In this document: piece by piece, positions 53,307-64,000 of the stretch
Position numbering within the stretch: the first letter of the stretch is position 1
Layout of the letters: every line of letters starts with the position of its first letter
Assembly (NCBI GenBank): GCA_964057225.1
Contig: OZ059900.1
Coordinates: 25,234,001-25,298,000 of the forward strand
Length of the DNA stretch: 64,000 nt
Reading direction: 5' to 3'
From: Auanema rhodensis
Lineage: Eukaryota > Animalia > Nematoda
Made by a program: the position numbers and the translations under genes
The notes under the pieces: generated by a model
What the model was told of the DNA's origin: nothing
What the model saw: the letters and a program-made list of their open reading frames with translations, nothing else
Databases searched by the model: none

Positions 53307-55700
53307 AAAACCTTGTTTACAGCGAAATTTCCAAAAACTGGTTTTCCAGCATAATAAAATATTTCTCAAGGGAAAAACTGTGTTTTCATATTTTTCAAGT
53401 GTTCAGCATGTAAAATGCTTCATTTTAGTATGTAACACGCTGAAATTCCTTGCATTTGACGACTCATATGAACAAAAATCGATTTAATCAATATTAGCCA
53501 TAAGGGGCGTGCCCTCAGAATTTGCTAATTTCCTTAATTTTCTAACCCCTGTTTTTTTGTCGTGAAAGTGGAACTAGACGTTGTACGAACAATTTTGAGC
53601 TAGGTTTCATTGACATTGCATGAGTTTGAACACATGAAATCGTAAGTCAAAACCTTGTTTACAGCGAAATTTCCAAAAACTGGTTTTCCAGCATAATAAA
53701 ATATTTCTCATGGGAAATACTGTGTTTTTGTATTTTTCTAGTGTTCAGCATGTAAAATGCTTCATTTTAGTATGTAACACGCTGAAATTTGTTGCATTTG
53801 ACGACTCATATGAACAAAAATCGATTTAATCAATATTAGCCATAAGGGGCGTGCCCTCAGAATTTGCTAATTTCCTTAATTTTCTAACCCCTGTTTTTTT
53901 GTCGTGAAAGTGGAACTAGACGTTGTACGAACAATTTTGAGCTAGGTTTCATTGACATTGCATGAGTTTGAACACATGAAATCGTAAGTCAAAACCTTGT
54001 TTACAGCGAAATTTCCAAAAACTGGTTTTCCAGCATAATAAAATATTTCTCATGGGAAATACTGTGTTTTTGTATTTTTCTAGTGTTCAGCATGTAAAAT
54101 GCTTCATTTTAGTATGTAACACGCTGAAATTTGTTGCATTTGACGACTCATATGAACAAAAATCGATTTAATCAATATTAGCCATAAGGGGCGTGCCCTC
54201 AGAATATGCTAATTTCCTTAATTTTCTAACCCCTGTTTTTTTGTCGTGAAAGTGGAACTAGACGTTGTACGAACAATTTTGAGCTAGGTTTCATTGACAT
54301 TGCATGAGTTTGAACACATGAAATCGTAAGTCAAAACCTTGTTTACAGCGAAATTTCCAAAAACTGGTTTTCCAGCATAATAAAATATTTCTCAAGGGAA
54401 AAACTGTGTTTTCATATTTTTCAAGTGTTCAGCATGTGAAATGCTTCATTTTAGTATGTAACACGCTGAAATTCCTTGCATTTGACGACTCATATGAACA
54501 AAAATCGATTTAATCAATATTAGCCATAAGGGGCGTGCCCTCAGAATTTGCTAATTTCCTTAATTTTCTAACCCCTGTTTTTTTGTCGTGAAAGTGGAAC
54601 TAGACGTTGTACGAACAATTTTGAGCTAGGTTTCATTGACATTGCATGAGTTTGAACACATGAAATCGTAAGTCAAAACCTTGTTTACAGCGAAATTTCC
54701 AAAAACTGGTTTTCCAGCATAATAAAATATTTCTCATGGGAAATACTGTGTTTTTGTATTTTTCTAGTGTTCAGCATGTAAAATGCTTCATTTTAGTATG
54801 TAACACGCTGAAATTTGTTGCATTTGACGACTCATATGAACAAAAATCGATTTAATCAATATTAGCCATAAGGGGCGTGCCCTCAGAATTTGCTAATTTC
54901 CTTAATTTTCTAACCCCTGTTTTTTTGTCGTGAAAGTGGAACTAGACGTTGTACGAACAATTTTGAGCTAGGTTTCATTGACATTGCATGAGTTTGAACA
55001 CATGAAATCGTAAGTCAAAACCTTGTTTACAGCGAAATTTCCAAAAACTGGTTTTCCAGCATAATAAAATATTTCTCATGGGAAATACTGTGTTTTTGTA
55101 TTTTTCTAGTGTTCAGCATGTAAAATGCTTCATTTTAGTATGTAACACGCTGAAATTTGTTGCATTTGACGACTCATATGAACAAAAATCGATTTAATCA
55201 ATATTAGCCATAAGGGGCGTGCCCTCAGAATATGCTAATTTCCTTAATTTTCTAACCCCTGTTTTTTTGTCGTGAAAGTGGAACTAGACGTTGTACGAAC
55301 AATTTTGAGCTAGGTTTCATTGACATTGCATGAGTTTGAACACATGAAATCGTAAGTCAAAACCTTGTTTACAGCGAAATTTCCAAAAACTGGTTTTCCA
55401 GCATAATAAAATATTTCTCAAGGGAAAAACTGTGTTTTCATATTTTTCAAGTGTTCAGCATGTGAAATGCTTCATTTTAGTATGTAACACGCTGAAATTC
55501 CTTGCATTTGACGACTCATATGAACAAAAATCGATTTAATCAATATTAGCCATAAGGGGCGTGCCCTCAGAATTTGCTAATTTCCTTAATTTTCTAACCC
55601 CTGTTTTTTTGTCGTGAAAGTGGAACTAGACGTTGTACGAACAATTTTGAGCTAGGTTTCATTGACATTGCATGAGTTTGAACACATGAAATCGTAAGTC
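53307..55700 (+). repeat. 3-monomer higher-order repeat (S-T-T), period 1026 bp, ~2.3 copies
   Basis: S-type monomers start at 53307, 54333 and 55359. The rare CATGTGAAA SNP is at 54438 and 55464 (1026 apart). Confidence 0.8.
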
Positions 55701-57752
55701 AAAACCTTGTTTACAACGAAATTTCCAAAAACTGGTTTTCCAGCATAATAAAATATTTCTCATGGGAAATACTGTGTTTTTGTATTTTTCTAGTGTTTAG
55801 CATGTAAAATGCTTCATTTTAGTATGTAACACGCTGAAATTTGTTGCATTTGACGACTCATATGAACAAAAATCGATTTAATCAATATTAGCCATAAGGG
55901 GCGTGCCCTCAGAATATGCTAATTTCCTTAATTTTCTAACCCATGTTTTTTTGTCGTGAAAGTGGAACTAGACGATGTACGAACAATTTTGAGCTAGGTT
56001 TCATTGACATTGCATGAGTTTGAACACATGAAATCGTAAGTCAAAACCTTGTTTACAGCGAAATTTCCAAAAACTGGTTTTCCAGCATAATAAAATATTT
56101 CTCATGGGAAATACTGTGTTTTTGTATTTTTCTAGTGTTCAGCATGTAAAATGCTTCATTTTAGTATGTAACACGCTGAAATTCGTTGCATTTAACGACT
56201 CATATGAACAAAAATCGATTTAATCAATATTAGCCATAAGGGGCGTGCCCTCAGAATATGCTAATTTCCTTAATTTTCTAACCCCTGTTTTTTTGTCGTG
56301 AAAGTGGAACTAGACGTTGTACGAACAATTTTGAGCTAGGTTTCATTGACATTGCATGAGTTTGAACACATGAAATCGTAAGTCAAAACCTTGTTTACAA
56401 CGAAATTTCCAAAAACTGGTTTTCCAGCATAATAAAATATTTCTCATGGGAAATACTGTGTTTTTGTATTTTTCTAGTGTTCAGCATGTAAAATGCTTCA
56501 TTTTAGTATGTAACACGCTGAAATTTGTTGCATTTGACGACTCATATGAACAAAAATCGATTTAATCAATATTAGCCATAAGGGGCGTGCACTCAGAATT
56601 TGCTAATTTCCTTAATTTTCTAACCCCTGTTTTTTTGTCGTGAAAGTGGAACTAGACGTTGTACGAACAATTTTGAGCTAGGTTTCATTGACATTGCATG
56701 AGTTTGAACACATGAAATCGTAAGTCAAAACCTTGTTTACAGCGAAATTTCCAAAAACTGGTTTTCCAGCATAAAAAAATATTTCTCATGGGAAATACTG
56801 TGTTTTTGTATTTTTCTAGTGTTCAGCATGTAAAATGCTTCATTTTAGTATGTAACACGCTGAAATTCGTTGCATTTGACGACTCATATGAACAAAAATC
56901 GATTTAATCAATATTAGCCATAAGGGGCGTGCCCTCAGAATATGCTAATTTCCTTAATTTTCTAACCCCTGTTTTTTTGTTGTGAAAGTGGAACTAGACG
57001 TTGTACGAACAATTTTGAGCTAGGTTTCATTGACATTGCATGAGTTTGAACACATGAAATCGTAAGTCAAAACCTTGTTTACAGCGAAATTTCCAAAAAC
57101 TGGTTTTCCAGCATAATAAAATATTTCTCATGGGAAATACAGTGTTTTTGTGTTTTTGTAGTGTTCAGCATGTAAAATGCGTCATTTTAGTATGTAAAAC
57201 GCTGAAATTCGTTGCATTTGACGACTCATGTGAACAAAAATCGATTTTATCAATATTAGCCATAAGGGGCATGCCCTCAGAATATGCTAATTTCCTTAAT
57301 TTTCTAACCCCTGTTTTTTTGTCGTGAAAGTGGAACTAGACGTTGTACGAACAATTTTGAGCTAGGTTTCATTGACATTGCATGAGTTTGAACACATGAA
57401 ATCGTAAGTCAAAACCTTGTTTACAGCGAAATTTCCAAAAACTGGTTTTCCAGCATAATAAAATATTTCTCATGGGAAATACTGTGTTTTCATATTTTTC
57501 TAGTGTTCAGCATGTGAAATGCTTAATTTTAGTATGTAACACGCTGAAATTCGTTGCATTTGACGACTCATATGAACAAAAATCGGTTTAATCAATATTA
57601 GCCATAAGGGGCGTGCCCTCAGAATATGCTAATTTCCTTAATTTTCTAACCCCTGTTTTTTTGTCGTGAAAGTGGAACTAGACGTTGTACGAACAATTTT
57701 GAGCTAGGTTTCATTGACATTGCATGAGTTTGAACACATGAAATCGTAAGTC

Positions 57753-60700
57753 AAAACCTTGTTTACAGCGAAATTTCCAAAAACTGGTTTTCCAGCATAA
57801 TAAAATATTTCTCATGGGAAATACTGTGTTTTTGTATTTTTCTAGTGTTCAGCATGTAAAATGTTTCATTTTAGTATGTAACACGCTGAAATTCGTTGCA
57901 TTTGACGACTCATGTGAACAAAAATCGATTTAATCAATATTAGCCATAAGGGGCGTGCCCTCAGAATATGCTAATTTCCTTAATTTTCTAACCCCTGTTT
58001 TTTTGTCGTGAAAGTGGAACTAGACGTTCTACGAACAATTTTGAGCTAGGTTTCATTGACATTGCATGAGTTTGAACACATGAAATCGTAAGTCAAAACC
58101 TTGTTTACAGCGAAATTTCCAAAAACTGGTTTTCCAGCATAATAAAATATTTCTCATGGGAAAAACTGTGTTTTTGTATTTTTCTAGTGTTCAGCATGTA
58201 AAATGCTTCATTTTAGTATGTAACACACTGAAATTTGTTGCATTTGACGACTCATATGAACAAAAATCGATTTAATCAATATTAGCCATAAGGGGCGTGC
58301 CCTCAGAATATGCTAATTTCTTTAATTTTCTAACCCCTGTTTTTTTGTCGTGAAAGTGGAACTAGACGTTGTACGAACAATTTTGAGCTAGGTTTCATTG
58401 ACATTGCATGAGTTTTAACACATGAAATCGTAAGTCAAAACCTTGTTTACAGCGAAATTTCCAAAAACTGGTTTTCCAGCATAATAAAATATTTCTCATG
58501 GGAAATACTGTGTTTTTGTATTTTTCTAGTGTTCAGCATGTAAAATGCTTCATTTTAGTATGTAACACGCTGAAATTCGTTGCATTTGACGACTCATATG
58601 AACAAAAATTGATTTAATCAATATTAGCCATAAGGGGCGTGCCCTCAGAATATGCTAATTTCCTTAATTTTCTAACCCCTTTTTTTTTGTCGTGAAAGTG
58701 GAACTAGACGATGTACGAACAATTTTGAGCTAGGTTTCATTGACATTGCATGAGTTTGAACACATGAAATCGTAAGTCAAAACCTTGTTTACAGCGAAAT
58801 TTCCAAAAACTGGTTTTCCAGCATAATAAAATATTTCTCATGGGAAATACTGTGTTTTTGTATTTTTCTAGTGTTCAGCATGTAAAATGCTTCATTTTAG
58901 TATGTAACACGCTGAAATTCGTTGCATTTGACGACTCATATGAACAAAAATCGATTTAATCAATATTAGCCATAAGGGGCGTGCCCTCAGAATATGCTAA
59001 TTTCCTTAATTTTCTAACCCCTGTTTTTTTGTCGTGAAAGTGGAACTAGACGTTGTACGAACAATTTTGAGCTAGGTTTCATTGACATTGCATGAGTTTG
59101 AACACATGAAATCGTAAGTCAAAACCTTGTTTACAGCGAAATTTCCAAAAACTGGTTTTCCAGCATAATAAAATATTTCTCATGGGAAAAACTGTGTTTT
59201 TGTATTTTTCTAGTGTTCAGCATGTAAAATGCTTTATTTTAATATGTAACACGCTGAAATTCGTTGCGTTTGACGACTCATATGAACAAAAATCGATTTA
59301 ATCAATATTAGCCATAAGGGGCGTGCCCTCAGAATATGCTAATTTCCTTAATTTTCTAACCCCTGTTTTTTTGTCGTGAAAGTGGAACTAGACGTTGTAC
59401 GAACAATTTTGAGCTAAGTTTCATTGACATTGCATGAGTTTGAACACATGAAATCGTAAGTCAAAACCTTGTTTACAGCGAAATTTCCAAAAACTGGTTT
59501 TCCAGCATAATAAAATATTTCTCATGAGAAATACTGTGTTTTTGTATTTTTTTAATGTTCAGCATGTAAAACGCTTCATTTTGATATGTAAAACGCTGAA
59601 ATTCGTTGCATTTGACGACTCATATGAACAAAAATCGATTTAATCAATATTAGCCATAAGGGGCGTGCCCTCAGAATATGCTAATTTCCTTAATTTTCTA
59701 ACCCCTGTTTTTTTGTCGTGAAAGTGGAACTAGACGTTGTACGAACAATTTTGAGCTAGGTTTCATTGACATTGCATGAGTTTGAACACATGAAATCGTA
59801 AGTCAAAACCTTGTTTACAGCGAAATTTCCAAAAACTGGTTTTCCAGCATAATAAAATATTTCTCATGGGAAAAACTGTGTTTTTGTATTTTTCTAGTGT
59901 TCAGCATGTAAAATGCTTTATTTTAATATGTAACACGCTGAAATTCGTTGCATTTGACGACTCATATGAACAAAAATCGATTTAATCAATATTAGCCATA
60001 AGGGGCGTGCCCTCAGAATATGCTAATTTCCTTAATTTTCTAACCCCTGTTTTTTTGTCGTGAAAGTGGAACTAGACGTTGTACGAACAATTTTGAGCTA
60101 GGTTTCATTGACATTGCATGAGTTTGAACACATGAAATCGTAAGTCAAAACCTTGTTTACAGCGAAATTTCCAAAAACTGGTTTTCCAGCATAATAAAAT
60201 ATTTCTCATGGGAAATACTGTGTTTTTGTATTTTTCTAGTGTTCAGCATGTAAAATGTTTCATTTTAGTATGTAACACGCTGAAATTCGTTGCATTTGAC
60301 GACTCATGTGAACAAAAATCGATTTAATCAATATTAGCCATAAGGGGCGTGCCCTCAGAATATGCTAATTTCCTTAATTTTCTAACCCCTGTTTTTTTGT
60401 CGTGAAAGTGGAACTAGACGTTCTACGAACAATTTTGAGCTAGGTTTCATTGACATTGCATGAGTTTGAACACATGAAATCGTAAGTCAAAACCTTGTTT
60501 ACAGCGAAATTTCCAAAAACTGGTTTTCCAGCATAATAAAATATTTCTCATGGGAAAAACTGTGTTTTTGTATTTTTCTAGTGTTCAGCATGTAAAATGC
60601 TTCATTTTAGTATGTAACACACTGAAATTTGTTGCATTTGACGACTCATATGAACAAAAATCGATTTAATCAATATTAGCCATAAGGGGCGTGCCCTCAG

Positions 60701-62540
60701 AATATGCTAATTTCTTTAATTTTCTAACCCCTGTTTTTTTGTCGTGAAAGTGGAACTAGACGTTGTACGAACAATTTTGAGCTAGGTTTCATTGACATTG
60801 CATGAGTTTTAACACATGAAATCGTAAGTCAAAACCTTGTTTACAGCGAAATTTCCAAAAACTGGTTTTCCAGCATAATAAAATATTTCTCATGAGAAAT
60901 ACTGTGTTTTTGTATTTTTTTAATGTTCAGCATGTAAAACGCTTCATTTTGATATGTAAAACGCTGAAATTCGTTGCATTTGACGACTCATATGAACAAA
61001 AATTGATTTAATCAATATTAGCCATAAGGGGCGTGCCCTCAGAATATGCTAATTTCCTTAATTTTCTAACCCCTGTTTTTTTGTCGTGAAAGTGGAACTA
61101 GACGATGTACGAACAATTTTGAGCTAGGTTTCATTGACATTGCATGAGTTTGAACACATGAAATCGTAAGTCAAAACCTTGTTTACAGCGAAATTTCCAA
61201 AAACTGGTTTTCCAGCATAATAAAATATTTCTCATGGGAAATACTGTGTTTTTGTATTTTTCTAGTGTTCAGCATGTAAAATGCTTCATTTTAGTATGTA
61301 ACACGCTGAAATTCGTTGCATTTGACGACTCATATGAACAAAAATCGATTTAATCAATATTAGCCATAAGGGGCGTGCCCTCAGAATATGCTAATTTCCT
61401 TAATTTTCTAACCCCTGTTTTTTTGTCGTGAAAGTGGAACTAGACGTTGTACGAACAATTTTGAGCTAGGTTTCATTGACATTGCATGAGTTTGAACACA
61501 TGAAATCGTAAGTCAAAACCTTGTTTACAGCGAAATTTCCAAAAACTGGTTTTCCAGCATAATAAAATATTTCTCATGGGAAAAACTGTGTTTTTGTATT
61601 TTTCTAGTGTTCAGCATGTAAAATGCTTTATTTTAATATGTAACACGCTGAAATTCGTTGCGTTTGACGACTCATATGAACAAAAATCGATTTAATCAAT
61701 ATTAGCCATAAGGGGCGTGCCCTCAGAATATGCTAATTTCCTTAATTTTCTAACCCCTGTTTTTTTGTCGTGAAAGTGGAACTAGACGTTGTACGAACAA
61801 TTTTGAGCTAAGTTTCATTGACATTGCATGAGTTTGAACACATGAAATCGTAAGTCAAAACCTTGTTTACAGCGAAATTTCCAAAAACTGGTTTTCCAGC
61901 ATAATAAAATATTTCTCATGAGAAATACTGTGTTTTTGTATTTTTTTAATGTTCAGCATGTAAAACGCTTCATTTTGATATGTAAAACGCTGAAATTCGT
62001 TGCATTTGACGACTCATATGAACAAAAATCGATTTAATCAATATTAGCCATAAGGGGCGTGCCCTCAGAATATGCTAATTTCCTTAATTTTCTAACCCCT
62101 GTTTTTTTGTCGTGAAAGTGGAACTAGACGTTGTACGAACAATTTTGAGCTAGGTTTCATTGACATTGCATGAGTTTGAACACATGAAATCGTAAGTCAA
62201 AACCTTGTTTACAGCGAAATTTCCAAAAACTGGTTTTCCAGCATAATAAAATATTTCTCATGGGAAAAACTGTGTTTTTGTATTTTTCTAGTGTTCAGCA
62301 TGTAAAATGCTTTATTTTAATATGTAACACGCTGAAATTCGTTGCATTTGACGACTCATATGAACAAAAATCGATTTAATCAATATTAGCCATAAGGGGC
62401 GTGCCCTCAGAATATGCTAATTTCCTTAATTTTCTAACCCCTGTTTTTTTGTCGTGAAAGTGGAACTAGACGTTGTACGAACAATTTTGAGCTAAGTTTC
62501 ATTGACATTGCATGAGTTTGAACACATGAAATCGTAAGTC
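57753..62540 (+). repeat. Tandem duplication of a 7-monomer block (2394 bp x2)
   Basis: Rare SNP pairs lie exactly 2394 apart: GTTCTAC 58029/60423, ACACACTG 58227/60621, TTGCGTTT 59268/61662. ATGTTTC, CATGTGAAC and AGTTTTAAC are also paired. Confidence 0.9.
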
Positions 62541-63908
62541 AAAACCTTGTTTACAGCGAAATTTCCAAAAACTGGTTTTCCAGCATAATAAAATATTTCT
62601 CATGGGAAAAACTGTGTTTTTGTATTTTTCTAGTGTTCAGCATGTAAAATGCTTTATTTTAATATGTAACACGCTGAAATTCGTTGCATTTGACGACTCA
62701 TATGAACAAAAATCGATTTAATCAATATTAGCCATAAGGGGCGTGCCCTCAGAATATGCTAATTTCCTTAATTTTCTAACCCCTGTTTTTTTGTCGTGAA
62801 AGTGGAACTAGACGTTGTACGAACAATTTTGAGCTAAGTTTCATTGACATTGCATGAGTTTGAACACATGAAATCGTAAGTCAAAACCTTGTTTACAGCG
62901 AAATTTCCAAAAACTGGTTTTCCAGCATAATAAAATATTTCTCATGAGAAATACTGTGTTTTTGTATTTTTTTAATGTTCAGCATGTGAAACGCTTCATT
63001 TTGATATGTAAAACGCTGAAATTCGTTGCATTTGACGACTCATATGAACAAAAATCGATTTAATCAATATTAGCCATAAGGGGCGTGCCCTCAGAATATG
63101 CTAATTTCCTTAATTTTCTAACCCCTGTTTTTTTGTCGTGAAAGTGGAACTAGACGTTGTACGAACAATTTTGAGCTAGGTTTCATTGACATTGCATGAG
63201 TTTGAACACATGAAATCGTAAGTCAAAACCTTGTTTACAGCGAAATTTCCAAAAACTGGTTTTCCAGCATAATAAAATATTTCTCATGGGAAAAACTGTG
63301 TTTTTGTATTTTTCTAGTGTTCAGCATGTAAAATGCTTTATTTTAATATGTAACACGCTGAAATTCGTTGCATTTGACGACTCATATGAACAAAAATCGA
63401 TTTAATCAATATTAGCCATAAGGGGCGTGCCCTCAGAATATGCTAATTTCCTTAATTTTCTAACCCCTGTTTTTTTGTCGTGAAAGTGGAACTAGACGTT
63501 GTACGAACAATTTTGAGCTAAGTTTCATTGACATTGCATGAGTTTGAACACATGAAATCGTAAGTCAAAACCTTGTTTACAGCGAAATTTCCAAAAACTG
63601 GTTTTCCAGCATAATAAAATATTTCTCATGAGAAATACTGTGTTTTTGTATTTTTTTAATGTTCAGCATGTGAAACGCTTCATTTTGATATGTAAAACGC
63701 TGAAATTCGTTGCATTTGACGACTCATATGAACAAAAATCGATTTAATCAATATTAGCCATAAGGGGCGTGCCCTCAGAATATGCTAATTTCCTTAATTT
63801 TCTAACCCCTGTTTTTTTGTCGTGAAAGTGGAACTAGACGTTGTACGAACAATTTTGAGCTAGGTTTCATTGACATTGCATGAGTTTGAACACATGAAAT
63901 CGTAAGTC
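62541..63908 (+). repeat. K-R dimer (684 bp) x2
   Basis: K (GGGAAAAAC/CTTTATTTTAATA) and R monomers alternate at 62541, 62883, 63225 and 63567. Both R copies share CATGTGAAACGC. Confidence 0.8.
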
Positions 63909-64000
63909 AAAACCTTGTTTACAGCGAAATTTCCAAAAACTGGTTTTCCAGCATAATAAAATATTTCTCATGGGAAATACTGTGTTTTTGTATTTTTCTA

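Larger units (their letters stand above)
1..64000 (+). repeat. Tandem satellite DNA array, 342-bp AT-rich monomer, 187 full copies plus one partial, single orientation; likely (peri)centromeric/heterochromatic
   Basis: AAAACCTTGTTTACAGCG recurs at 1, 343, 685, 1027... The phase is kept to the last start at 63909 once 3x15-bp and 1x1-bp deletions are allowed (187x342+1-46=63909). ORF starts recur at multiples of 342. The array runs off both window ends. The centromeric assignment is inference only. Confidence 0.98.

Noticed and set aside
998-57327. Dozens of 61-95 aa ORFs (MGNTVFLY.../MRNTVFLY.../MSLNTCNR...) suggesting a tandem gene family
   Set aside because: 342 is divisible by 3, so a chance frame recurs in every unit. 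ORF presence depends on single SNPs (offset 180 TAA/TTA, offset 331 TGA/TGC). Variants are largely non-synonymous, many monomers have stops, and no recognisable domain is present.
1-64000. CRISPR array, diversity-generating or antigenic-variation cassette system
   Set aside because: There are no unique spacers. The variable sector differs only by shared SNP haplotypes. No cas, reverse transcriptase, recombinase or expression locus is in the window.
1-64000. Array as a pure assembly or sequencing artefact (concatemer)
   Set aside because: Structured, heritable SNP haplotypes, nested duplications and a near absence of homopolymer indels argue for a real array. The exact copy order still needs read validation.

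Overview
The whole 64-kb window is one uninterrupted head-to-tail tandem array of an AT-rich (~34% GC by hand count) 342-bp satellite monomer: 187 complete copies plus a 92-bp partial copy starting at 63909. All copies are in the same orientation and differ from each other by only a few percent. I see no genes, RNA genes, transposon insertions, inversions or CRISPR spacers. All listed ORFs are chance frames that recur once per monomer and switch on or off with single SNPs. The only length variants are a 15-bp deletion seen three times (junctions 12227/8, 15290/1, 18695/6) and a 1-bp deletion at ~33325. The structure lies in the SNP pattern. (i) Diagnostic variants are arranged in roughly mirror-symmetric layers around a homogeneous ~22-49 kb core, resembling layered expansion of centromeric arrays. 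(ii) Local nascent higher-order repeats of 2, 3, 5, 7 and 9/10 monomers occur, along with non-adjacent block copies 15, 18 and 41 monomers apart. (iii) A sub-monomer gene-conversion tract can be mapped at ~60.9 kb. (iv) The monomer looks like a degenerate dimer of ~171-bp units and is rich in dyad symmetries, several of which are perfected by common variants. The best reading is eukaryotic (peri)centromeric or heterochromatic satellite DNA. I cannot identify the organism or family, and I see no evidence of a protein-coding system. Monomer offsets below are counted from the AAAACCTTG at position 1. Type letters are my own labels.
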